Sequence record: ON529857.1
DNA: 64,000 nt
Reading direction: 5' to 3' (one strand)
The notes under the pieces: model-generated
What the model was told of the DNA's origin: nothing
Databases searched by the model: none
The model's input: only the letters and a program-made list of their open reading frames with translations
In this document: one piece after another, positions 52,792 through 61,430 of the stretch
How positions within the stretch are numbered: the first letter of the stretch is position 1
Layout: every line of letters begins with the position of its first letter
Position numbers and translations under genes: made by a program

Positions 52792-53808
52792 TCACGTTCC
52801 CTCCGGTTTCATGACTTGCACGATACGCTCGCCGATGAAGCGCACGCAGGGAACCGCCAGGGAGTTGCCGATGGCGTGAAGCCGCTGGCTGACCGAGGCG
52901 CCGGGAATCAAGGACCAATCGTCCGGCATTCCCATCAGTCGTTCGCATTCGACCGGGGTCAGGGCGCGCACATCCCAACGTCCCGACTCGCGGGTCAGCA
53001 CGAACGCCTTGTCCGATCCGCCCTGGGACGCGCGAAGGCAGTTGGAAATCTCGCCGCCCTGCTCGATCTGGGACAGGTTGACCGGACCGCCGCCGCGCAG
53101 TTTCCGACCCCGAATCGCTACGGCGTAGGCGGGACCGTGAGGGCCTCGGTCATCTCCGGCGTCAAGGGCCGCTCCGCCCGCCGGGCATTGAGCAGCAGGG
53201 TCCTCTTGCGCGAGTCGCTCAAAGAGGATTTCGCGCGGGTCGGGTCCTGATCGAGGACACGCGACAAGAAAGACCCGCCGGCGTTGTTGGGGGAGTCGGA
53301 AATGTTGAGCGTCGAGCACGCGCCAGGCGATGGCGCGGCGGGGACCAAGCACATAACCTGCGTCCGTCCACCCAGTCCCTGGCGGGAGCAGGGGTCCGAA
53401 CTCGCCGCACAGGGCTCCGAGGAATTGTCCGAAGGCGTTTTTGGGGTCATTGAGCAGGCCGGTGACATTCTCGAAACAGAAGACTTTTGGGTCGATTTCA
53501 TCCACCACGCGGATGCCCGCCAAGGTCAGGGAGCCGCGCGCGCCATCCACGCCGCGACCCTTGCCCGCTTCGGAGAAATCCTGACACGGGAAGGACGCCC
53601 ACAGGACATCGACCTTGTGGGTGTATTGAGTCCCGTCGATCTTCAGGAGATCGCCGAGATTGGGAACATCGGGGAACCGATGAGCCAGGAAACGCGTGGG
53701 GAACGAGGCGTTGTCGGCGAAGAAAACCGGGCTCATGCCCAGTTCGTCCCACGCCAGAGACACCGCTTCGATACCACTGCACAGAGTGGCGTAGGACAGG
53801 GTGGTCAT
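52792..53808 (-). CDS. C5 cytosine DNA methyltransferase
   Basis: LCSGIEA, ASFPCQDFS, FENV, LDAQHF..PQQRRRVF, LTPVECERLMG, IGNSLAV. Confidence 0.93.
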   Translation of the reverse strand: MTTLSYATLCSGIEAVSLAWDELGMSPVFFADNASFPTRFLAHRFPDVPNLGDLLKIDGTQYTHKVDVLWASFPCQDFSEAGKGRGVDGARGSLTLAGIRVVDEIDPKVFCFENVTGLLNDPKNAFGQFLGALCGEFGPLLPPGTGWTDAGYVLGPRRAIAWRVLDAQHFRLPQQRRRVFLVACPRSGPDPREILFERLAQEDPAAQCPAGGAALDAGDDRGPHGPAYAVAIRGRKLRGGGPVNLSQIEQGGEISNCLRASQGGSDKAFVLTRESGRWDVRALTPVECERLMGMPDDWSLIPGASVSQRLHAIGNSLAVPCVRFIGERIVQVMKPEGT

Positions 53809-53821
53809 GAGGGCGGTATGG

Positions 53822-54682
53822 TTAACGGTTGTTGTCGTTGGAGTCAAGATATGCCGGGATTTCCAACACATCCTCGGCGTCTTCGTCGAACTGACGAACC
53901 GCCGCCTCCATCTGCCCCGGCCACACCTTGTCCGCCCAGCCATACAACGCGAGCGACGCCTTGCGGCAATCTTCACCGTGCAGGCCCTTAGGCAGGCCGG
54001 TGGGCCAGCGCGGCGGGAACGCCATGAAGGGCACGTAGGTCGGCTCGGGCTGTCCCAAGCGGGCGCCAAAGGCGATCGCCTCCAGCATATTCACCGCATA
54101 GGACGGATCGCCGTATTGCCGCACGTTGGCGGCGTCGTAGAAGCCCATGCCGATCCGGATTTTCTCAAGGTCGGCGTCGTAGGACATCCAGACGAACCGA
54201 CCATCGCCGAGCTCGACATAGTGCAGTTCCCAGTGCAGCGGATGGCTGAAGGCGTCGATGCGCGCGCGCGCCACCGCTTCGGCCATCTCCGACACCGGCA
54301 TGGCTTCGATCCCTTCCGCCAGCGGCAGGAACCGCCCCGCCGCCAGCACCAGTTCATCCTGGGTCTCCAGGAAATCCGCGTATTCGCCGGCCGTCTGTCC
54401 TTGACTGGACAGAGGATGACGCGGACTGTCCAGACGCTCCACGAACCTCACCTGGGTCGGTTTCAGCCGCTCCAGCCAGCGCGTGAAGGCGTCCAGGTGC
54501 AGCTCATGCACCTGGGGGCCGGTGATGTGCGCCCTTTGGAGTTCGTTGTGCGTCTCCATGCCGGCACCGACATGGAGACTGTTGCACTCGCCCATGTGCA
54601 GGGCGAAGAAGAAGAACTGGGCGGCGGCGGTCCGTGACAGGGTCACGCGTTCATAGACGTTGAGGTCGCTCACAGACGCCAC
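53822..54682 (-). CDS. hypothetical protein
   Basis: 286 aa; GGAG RBS; coupled to neighbours. Confidence 0.7.
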   Translation of the reverse strand: MASVSDLNVYERVTLSRTAAAQFFFFALHMGECNSLHVGAGMETHNELQRAHITGPQVHELHLDAFTRWLERLKPTQVRFVERLDSPRHPLSSQGQTAGEYADFLETQDELVLAAGRFLPLAEGIEAMPVSEMAEAVARARIDAFSHPLHWELHYVELGDGRFVWMSYDADLEKIRIGMGFYDAANVRQYGDPSYAVNMLEAIAFGARLGQPEPTYVPFMAFPPRWPTGLPKGLHGEDCRKASLALYGWADKVWPGQMEAAVRQFDEDAEDVLEIPAYLDSNDNNR

Positions 54683-56361
54683 TTATCTCCTTGCATGGTG
54701 ATGATCTGCCGCTTGCCGTTGGCGAGCGTCACGACATGGCTGTGAGACCAGGACGACAGGCCCTTGTTGTAGCCCAGGTCCAGCTTGGAGGTGGTCCCGG
54801 CCACATAGGCCCCGTCGGTGATCTGCGCCGAGTGAGTGTGTCCGGTGGTCGACTTCGGCCCCATACGGGTGAACTGTCGCGGATTCCCCCGCGCGCCGTT
54901 GGCGCCCAGGTGCCCGTGCATGCCCTTCTCGATGTCCATCACCATGAAGGATTCATCTTCACGAAGGAACCGCACGCCTTCGCACTTCACATCCGCGAAG
55001 TGTTCGGTCAGAACGTACTCGAAAATGGAGAAGTCATGGTCCCGTTCACGAATCGCCTGATAGGAGCGCCGCTGGCAGGCCAGGAAGAATTCAGCATTGA
55101 CGGGATCGTGCCGGTAATCAGCCTCCTTCAACCAACGCCGCAGCGCCAGGTCATGGTTGGATTCCACCACCACGGTCTGACAGAAATCCCGCTGGGTCTT
55201 CTCGATGAAGACCCCGACCTCGTGCAACTCATCTTCCACCGTATCTGCGCCCTGGCAGAAAAGCTGGAACATGTGATGGGGGTCGCGCAGGTTGTGGTGA
55301 TTCCGCGCCTGGAAATCCGACACATCGTGGAAGAACTGATAGGTCGGCCGCAGCGTGTCAAGGATGGTCGGGCCATCCCACGTCGACCAGGTTTTCTTCC
55401 CGTCGCGCTCGACCGGGAACCAGCCGAAGCAGGCGCGCGACACGTCCGAATCGATCTGGGATGCGTGAAGATCGCCCCAGTTCATCGCCACCACCCCCAG
55501 GCCGGTAGTGATTTTCGGGGTATTGCCGCGCGGCGAGTTGTCCTTCCAGGTCTGCACCCGGATGTCCAGGTCGATGAATGAGCCATCATCCTCCGCCTGG
55601 AGATGGCGCGCAAACTGACGCCCCTCGCCATCGATCTCGACGAGCACGGCGCCGATCGTATGGTGAACCGCCGCTGTGATGCCGGCGCGTTTCAGCACGT
55701 AGTTCGGCAGCGTCACCGACCCCGTCGTCATCAGCATCTTGGCCGGCGAACCCTTCATCGTCGGGATCGACACCTGTTGCACCTTGGCGTGAGGGATCAC
55801 GCCCCAGCGGTGTTTGGTGTGAGTCTCGAACCCGGTCAGAGGCGTCTTGGCCGTCGGCAAGGTGTTCATCTCGCCGCAGAATTCCATCATCTCGCCCAAA
55901 CGGACTCGCTTGTTCGTCAGATAGGGCGTGATGCGGTAGTGCCAGGACGGATCGCGTTCGGCGCGGGCCGATTCATTGCGATCCTTCTCGTGCCCCCAGT
56001 AGAGGCGCTTGTTGTAGACATAGCCCGAGACCATGATCTCGCAGGGACCATCCTTGCGCAGATAGTCCCGATAGGCTTCCAGATTGGTCAGGAAGTCCTC
56101 ATGAATCGCCGTTTCATCCTGGGCCGACGTCAGCAGAAAACGCCGAATGCCCTGGTTGATCTCGATCACATGAGGTTCAGGCGCCGGGCGGAAGCTGTAG
56201 GGATCACGCGTGACCTTGTTCAGCCGCAGCTGCAAGGTCGAACGCGCGACGCCGTAGGCGCGGGAGAAGGCGCGTTGGCCGCCCATCTCGGTGACGATCC
56301 GATCCAGCTCTTCCGGCGTGACCGAATCCAGATCAAAATGGCCTTTGGGCTCAACCGGCAT
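54670..56361 (-). CDS. T5 A1-like metallophosphoesterase-fold protein
   Basis: WGDLH, ESNHD, GMHGHLGANGARG, TGHTHS, GTTSKLDLGYNKGLSSW, GKRQII. Confidence 0.8.
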   Translation of the reverse strand: MPVEPKGHFDLDSVTPEELDRIVTEMGGQRAFSRAYGVARSTLQLRLNKVTRDPYSFRPAPEPHVIEINQGIRRFLLTSAQDETAIHEDFLTNLEAYRDYLRKDGPCEIMVSGYVYNKRLYWGHEKDRNESARAERDPSWHYRITPYLTNKRVRLGEMMEFCGEMNTLPTAKTPLTGFETHTKHRWGVIPHAKVQQVSIPTMKGSPAKMLMTTGSVTLPNYVLKRAGITAAVHHTIGAVLVEIDGEGRQFARHLQAEDDGSFIDLDIRVQTWKDNSPRGNTPKITTGLGVVAMNWGDLHASQIDSDVSRACFGWFPVERDGKKTWSTWDGPTILDTLRPTYQFFHDVSDFQARNHHNLRDPHHMFQLFCQGADTVEDELHEVGVFIEKTQRDFCQTVVVESNHDLALRRWLKEADYRHDPVNAEFFLACQRRSYQAIRERDHDFSIFEYVLTEHFADVKCEGVRFLREDESFMVMDIEKGMHGHLGANGARGNPRQFTRMGPKSTTGHTHSAQITDGAYVAGTTSKLDLGYNKGLSSWSHSHVVTLANGKRQIITMQGDKWRL

Positions 56362-57100
56362 AGTAGAGCTCCGCCTTGGCGTGAGGCGCCGTGATCGCCT
56401 TGCGCCAGTCCCAGACATACCAGGCGTAGGAGAAGCGCGGGCTCTTGGACTCTTCGCCTTCCTTCTTCTCCACCCACACCGGACGGAAACGCAGGGTGAT
56501 CTTGGCGATGAAGGCCGGATGGTCGATCAGATGGGCGCGGCCCTTGGCGGCGTCCCATTCATGACGCATGAGCATAGCGACGTAGCCCTGCTCCGCCTCC
56601 ATCAACTCCAGCGCCTTTTCGACCGCCAGAACCGCTTCCTTACCGTAAGGCGGGTTGGTGATGATGCAGTCCGGTCGGAACCCGAACGCCTCCTCGACAT
56701 CCGACATGGAGATCGGGCGTTCCGGAGCCGTTCCACCGGCGCCGTCGTCATAGACGCCCTCGGCGTTGGTCGCCTTGTCGATCGCCCGCTCCCAGGCGGC
56801 GACCGCAATTTCGTGACTGTCCCCATCCGGGTAGATGTTGAAGAAGTCCAGCATCGCCGTCGGGTCGTGGCCCTCATAACGATGGATGTCGCTGGTCGCC
56901 GCCAGGCGGCACAAAGGACCGATCAGGTTAGCGATGGCCGCGTTGCCGGCGAAGGGCTCCCAAAACGCCATCTGCTCCAGGTCGTCTTCGACGACCGAGA
57001 TATAGGCTTGGGTGGCGCGGGGAGGTGTAGGGTAGAAGTCCAGCGGATTGCGGGGGTAGTTCGTCCCGCCAAGCATGGCGGGGTCGCTTCGCGTGGTCAT
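56351..57100 (-). CDS. amino (N6A/N4C) DNA methyltransferase-like protein
   Basis: DFYPTP, WEPFAGN, ATSDI, IITNPPY. Confidence 0.82.
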   Translation of the reverse strand: MTTRSDPAMLGGTNYPRNPLDFYPTPPRATQAYISVVEDDLEQMAFWEPFAGNAAIANLIGPLCRLAATSDIHRYEGHDPTAMLDFFNIYPDGDSHEIAVAAWERAIDKATNAEGVYDDGAGGTAPERPISMSDVEEAFGFRPDCIITNPPYGKEAVLAVEKALELMEAEQGYVAMLMRHEWDAAKGRAHLIDHPAFIAKITLRFRPVWVEKKEGEESKSPRFSYAWYVWDWRKAITAPHAKAELYYAG

Positions 57101-57304
57101 GTGAAACCGGGGTAACGAGGAACAGGGCGACGCACGGGGCGCGTCGATCGACACCGTTCCTGTCACGAAATCCGAAGACCGTCAAGAATTACAACATTCC
57201 TAGTCAGGTATGACGGCACTCCATTCGCGTCCAATCCCTTTCTTGCACGGCTTCGCATTGCCAGCCATACTGACGGTGGGCCTATGAGCCTGTGAAACCT
57301 AGTA

Positions 57305-58150
57305 GTGAAAATGCAAAAGACCAAAACCCTGGAACACCTGTTGTTCAGCTCCAGCGACAGCGGCTTGACGCTGCGTGTCCTTGAAAAGCGACCCGGCTGG
57401 GCGCCGGAACAAACCGACTACCGCGCCGAAATCTCGCATGGCGCCTTCGGTCAGAACTCCGTCATGTCCTTCCCGCTCGGGACGCCGCGCATGGCGCGCT
57501 ATATCGCCGAAGCCCTGATGAGGACGGCCGACCACATGGAGAGGCAGCCTCTCGCGGGCGGGAAACACTCGCCTTTCCGCCGCCTGGAGCCGAGTGACGT
57601 CCTTCAGGTGCGCGCTGGCCTGACGGCCCGGCGTGTCTATCAGAAAGAAACCATCAGCAGCCGCTACAGCACTACGCGGACCTTCCTCGGCCTTGACTGG
57701 CTGGACGAGGATGATCAGGTGGTTCGGTTCGAACCTGGACGTGAATCCGCCTCGGAGAATGGCGGAGGCGTCCACGGCAGCGAACCGCTCTACGATGAAA
57801 GCGACATCGGCCTGACGGTTGAGCAGGCAAAGGCCGTGCGGCGTGCGCGCGGTCAATCCTGCGAATGGCTGTCGCGATCTCTGGAAGTCACGACGTTGGA
57901 CTATCGTTATGTCGAGCCTGGCGCTGATCCTGAAATCATCCCGGTCCTGGACGAAACCCAGACCATCATCGACCGGCTGCATCCGGACCTGGGCACGTTC
58001 GAAGTGCGCCGGTTGATCCAGACCTTTTACAGGCTTCCGGTGATCCGCAAAGACCCGGCGGCGCGGCGTGTCTTCGCTGAGGCGGTCTCGGCGAAGATGA
58101 ACTGGAGCGTGGAAGAGACCCAGGCGGCGATCCGCGCCGCTAAGGCCTGA
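57305..58150 (+). CDS. hypothetical protein
   Basis: 281 aa; sole plus-strand gene in the block; followed by a terminator. Confidence 0.7.
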   Translation: MKMQKTKTLEHLLFSSSDSGLTLRVLEKRPGWAPEQTDYRAEISHGAFGQNSVMSFPLGTPRMARYIAEALMRTADHMERQPLAGGKHSPFRRLEPSDVLQVRAGLTARRVYQKETISSRYSTTRTFLGLDWLDEDDQVVRFEPGRESASENGGGVHGSEPLYDESDIGLTVEQAKAVRRARGQSCEWLSRSLEVTTLDYRYVEPGADPEIIPVLDETQTIIDRLHPDLGTFEVRRLIQTFYRLPVIRKDPAARRVFAEAVSAKMNWSVEETQAAIRAAKA

Positions 58151-58190
58151 AAGAAGAAAGGCCCCGATCGAGAGATCGGGGCCTTTTTCC
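58151..58190. terminator. bidirectional intrinsic terminator
   Basis: AAGGCCCCGATC-GAGA-GATCGGGGCCTT with TTT and AAAGAAG flanks. Confidence 0.9.
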
Positions 58191-58740
58191 ATCGTGGCGG
58201 GGTCCTCGGTTTTCATCGCGCCGCTAACGGTCACGATCCCGCATCTCTTCGCACCGGGCGGACCCGGACTACTTTACCGCCGGCCCCCATACGGTGAACC
58301 TCGGAGGCAGGGCCTCAAGCGCATCCTACCAGCGCCTCAGCGGTGTGTGAGGAAGGGCTTCTCACCTCACGACGAACAGTTCGGGCAGAACAGCGGTGCA
58401 CCGCTGTTCTGCCCTGGCAACGCCAGAAGGCGCTGGGCGTGAGGAGAAGCGTCACGCCGGTCCCCGCGCCCCGGCATTACGCCGGCTTGTCAACGAAACG
58501 GCCGGTGGGGACTTGCCCGACCGGCCGCTCTTGATCAGGGGAGTGGCGTACCTGTCCCGATGATCGGTGTCGACGACGCGTGATCGAAGATCAGAGGAGC
58601 CGGTCGACTGCTAAACTAAACGCCCCGGCGTTCCAGCTGGGGCCTGCGTGTGGCCTTACGGTCCATACCGCCTTGGTCCGTTCCAGGAGCCATCCCGCAT
58701 GTCGCGGTTGTCAGGGTAAAACGCACCTGACTGCGAAGGT
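58160..58740 (-). ncRNA. putative large structured ncRNA (about 580 nt)
   Basis: Bounded by a consensus promoter and a terminator; no credible ORF; nested stems around a perfect 32-nt palindrome. Confidence 0.55.
58383..58414. repeat. perfect 32-bp palindrome
   Basis: GGGCAGAACAGCGGTG|CACCGCTGTTCTGCCC. Confidence 0.97.
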
Positions 58741-58744
58741 GTGT

Positions 58745-58772
58745 ATTATAATGACACAACGATCGCTGTCAA
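58745..58772 (-). promoter_or_regulatory. consensus sigma70 promoter
   Basis: TTGACA-16-TATAAT. Confidence 0.8.
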
Positions 58773-58784
58773 GTTTTGAATCGA

Positions 58785-58958
58785 TCAGTCCTCGGCCGGC
58801 GCGCATCGACGCCAGAGCCAGGTCTTGACGTTGTCGTCGCTCTCGTAGAGCCCGTGAACCGGGCAATCCTGGCGCACATAGTCCAGGACCGTCCCGTCCG
58901 GCGCGTGCAGGGTGATCAAGAGGTGGTTTCCCGCCACCTGGCAATTACAGTCTTCCAT
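58785..58958 (-). CDS. small Cys-containing protein (57 aa), absent from the ORF track
   Basis: ATG overlaps the o-spanin TGA; MEDCNCQ...QDCPVHG... Confidence 0.55.
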   Translation of the reverse strand: MEDCNCQVAGNHLLITLHAPDGTVLDYVRQDCPVHGLYESDDNVKTWLWRRCAPAED

Positions 58959-59332
58959 CAGTCCCGCCCAAAACGGAAAAAGCGCCGCAAGGTCGATTCG
59001 GTCTCACGTCGATACCACTCCGCATAGTCAGCCTTACGCTTGCGCGTTTCACCCACCGTGTCGTAGCAATCCGCCCACGATCCATGCAGTTTTTCAGTGT
59101 AGTCGGCCTTGTCAGCGTCAGGGCGAGGCAAGCCCGGACCCGGTCGGGCCGGCACGGCCGGCTGATCACGGCATTCCGTGATCGACGTCGGGTAGAGGCT
59201 GTCAGGGGACAACAACGACGTCGGACGGCTTGCGCACGCGGTCAACGCCAGGCTCATCAGCAACAGCGCCACCAGCAGGCGCCGGTTGGGCTTTTTTGGA
59301 GCGTCGGTCGAGGACGGCATCTTCATCTCCAT
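58958..59332 (-). CDS. o-spanin (Rz1-like lipoprotein)
   Basis: Lipobox ALTAC; Pro-rich; overlaps the 3' part of the i-spanin. Confidence 0.75.
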   Translation of the reverse strand: MEMKMPSSTDAPKKPNRRLLVALLLMSLALTACASRPTSLLSPDSLYPTSITECRDQPAVPARPGPGLPRPDADKADYTEKLHGSWADCYDTVGETRKRKADYAEWYRRETESTLRRFFRFGRD

Positions 59333-59735
59333 GATCGGGGTTTTCCGCCGCAATAGCGTCGAGGGCGGCGTCGAGTTTCTCACCTTCGGGGGCGGCGTCG
59401 ATCCGCTCGCGAATACGTTCTTGCTGGGTGCGCCGCGTCTCGCGCTGCGCGGCGCGACGTTCCTGCGAAGCCTGAGCCTGCTTGTCGGCCGTTTGCTGCT
59501 GAGCGGCAGCGTCCAACTTACGCTCCAGCGTCTTGGCGCGGTCTTCAGAATGGGCGAAAGCCATCACCGCCATCACCAGGCCGGCGATGAACCAGAGCCG
59601 GATGTCCCCGGCGAGCTTGAACGCGCGTTCCGGCCCCAGGGTGAAATAGATCAGCGCGAAAAGCCCGCAGAGCCCCGCGATCGTCCACAAGGTTCCGGGA
59701 TTGAACAGCAGCGCCAGAAGGATGGAGCCCATCAA
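59202..59735 (-). CDS. i-spanin (Rz-like)
   Basis: N-terminal TM helices followed by an Ala/Gln/Arg coiled coil; lies downstream of the endolysins. Confidence 0.7.
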   Translation of the reverse strand: MMGSILLALLFNPGTLWTIAGLCGLFALIYFTLGPERAFKLAGDIRLWFIAGLVMAVMAFAHSEDRAKTLERKLDAAAQQQTADKQAQASQERRAAQRETRRTQQERIRERIDAAPEGEKLDAALDAIAAENPDHGDEDAVLDRRSKKAQPAPAGGAVADEPGVDRVRKPSDVVVVP

Positions 59736-60199
59736 CGCCCCCCGCCGAAGTTGACCGGATGAATCCCAGGGATGTAGCGTGTCCCGTTATAGGTCAGGCA
59801 TTGACGACGCATGCGCGGATCGAACGAAATATGGACCCACCAGGACCCGTTCGGCTTACGCTCGTGAATCAGCTGGTCGAAGTTCAGCGAAGAGCGCTCG
59901 ATCTCCCGGCAGATAGCCAAAGGATCGCCGAAGCTGGGGCAGACGAAGTCAATCGCCCAGCCCAGCGCATGCGCCGAGTTGGACACGCCGCCGACGGCGC
60001 GGTTGACGGCAGGGTTGCGATAAGCGCTGGTGACGGTGATAGGGTTGTCTCCCAGGACCCAACGCACCTGCTCCATATGCTGGGCGGTGCGGCGCAGGTT
60101 CTCCTGGTGCGCGGGAGTAGGCATGTTGTTGTTCTTCAGGCGGGCGGCGGTGTCCGACCGGATGAACTCAGCAAGGGTGAAATGGTCGGACAGTCGCAT
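59732..60199 (-). CDS. peptidase M15-family endolysin
   Basis: LSDHFTLAEF, ITVTSAYRN...NRAVGG...SAHALGWAIDF, WVHISF. Confidence 0.9.
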   Translation of the reverse strand: MRLSDHFTLAEFIRSDTAARLKNNNMPTPAHQENLRRTAQHMEQVRWVLGDNPITVTSAYRNPAVNRAVGGVSNSAHALGWAIDFVCPSFGDPLAICREIERSSLNFDQLIHERKPNGSWWVHISFDPRMRRQCLTYNGTRYIPGIHPVNFGGGR

Positions 60200-60747
60200 C
60201 AATCCGTCACCTCCGTGGTTTCAGATTTGGTATAATCGAGGGAAGGCATGGGCCGCCCTCCCCGATAGTCATTGCGTCCGCCGTATCCTCCGTAGCCTCC
60301 GCTGAAATCGTCATCGCCGCCCTTTCCCCCGCCGCCGCCGTAATCGACGTTGCGCGTCGTGGTGGGATCAACGTCTGGGTCGTCAGCGGTGGTGACCAGG
60401 TGCAGACCCGCGCCGCCCGGCCCTCTCAGCGACAGGCCCTTGATGGTTCCCAGCATGGAGATGATCACGAGGGCGAACAGGCCCAGGAAGATGTAGCCGT
60501 AGTTGATCAGGCCACCGATGATCTGCCGCTGATTGTCCGTGTAGAGGACTGCGAACACCACCAGGATGATGATCATGCCGATGAACAGAGGGTAAAGCGA
60601 AACCCCCGCCATAATGATCGACACGCGCTGAAGATGATCCGGCCGATCGCACAAGACGTCCATCGTCTGGCGCAGCCACAGGAAGAAACGCGACATGTTC
60701 TTGCGCACGCGCAGAGGCGACGGCGTTCCAGGCCAACCGCCGAACAT
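60199..60747 (-). CDS. putative holin or membrane protein with a Gly/Tyr-rich tail
   Basis: Two to three TM segments; lies between the two endolysins; start may be 60696. Confidence 0.55.
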   Translation of the reverse strand: MFGGWPGTPSPLRVRKNMSRFFLWLRQTMDVLCDRPDHLQRVSIIMAGVSLYPLFIGMIIILVVFAVLYTDNQRQIIGGLINYGYIFLGLFALVIISMLGTIKGLSLRGPGGAGLHLVTTADDPDVDPTTTRNVDYGGGGGKGGDDDFSGGYGGYGGRNDYRGGRPMPSLDYTKSETTEVTD

Positions 60748-61355
60748 CAGCCGTAGCTCCAGGCCAAGGCGAGTGCGGACTTGGCGTCCTTGCCTCCATA
60801 GACCATCAGTTCAGCCAGCCGGCGACGATACAGCCCCAGGGTCCATCGGCCGTTGGAGTTCGACCAGCGCGCAAAAGCCAGCTGGATGTTGACGGGCGGC
60901 GCCTTGGCCTTCGACTGAGCCGCCAATCCCGACATGGAGATGGTGCCGACCTTGCGCTCGCCGGCGGCGTGCAGGCGAGCGACCGCGCTCGTGCGGAACC
61001 CGCTGACGCCGATGTTAAAACACATCGACACCATGGCGTCGAATTCACATTGATAGGTGCGGGAGTCTGCAACGCGGTTGACCTCGGCGACATAACGCGC
61101 CAGGTCCTGAGTCAGTAGCGCATCCGCCTCCGCCACCGTGATGCGCTGCTTGCCGAACATCCGGTGCATCGCCTGACGCGCCAATTCGTCGGAGCGGGCG
61201 CGGCCAAAGATGTCGTAGTCGATGATCTGGCCCGTCGGCGTCGTCAAGGCGTGACCCCAACCGACGGTGGCGACGTGGGCGGTGCAGTAATAGACCTCCG
61301 GCTCGAATTGCTCCGTGGACTGAATGAGTTTCAGCCCTTCAGGGGAAATCTGCAT
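60747..61355 (-). CDS. GH24 lysozyme-type endolysin
   Basis: GLKLIQSTEQF...YYC....TVGWGH, EFDAMVSMCFNIG, FARW...GLYRRRLAE. Confidence 0.88.
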   Translation of the reverse strand: MQISPEGLKLIQSTEQFEPEVYYCTAHVATVGWGHALTTPTGQIIDYDIFGRARSDELARQAMHRMFGKQRITVAEADALLTQDLARYVAEVNRVADSRTYQCEFDAMVSMCFNIGVSGFRTSAVARLHAAGERKVGTISMSGLAAQSKAKAPPVNIQLAFARWSNSNGRWTLGLYRRRLAELMVYGGKDAKSALALAWSYG

Positions 61356-61393
61356 GGAAGTCGGGCGCCGCTGGTAGTCAAAAATACCGACAT

Positions 61394-61422
61394 ATTATGC
61401 CAGAACAGTTGACAACGGTCAA
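61394..61422 (-). promoter_or_regulatory. promoter of the lysis cassette
   Basis: TTGACC-17-CATAAT. Confidence 0.7.
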
Positions 61423-61430
61423 GGAATCGT

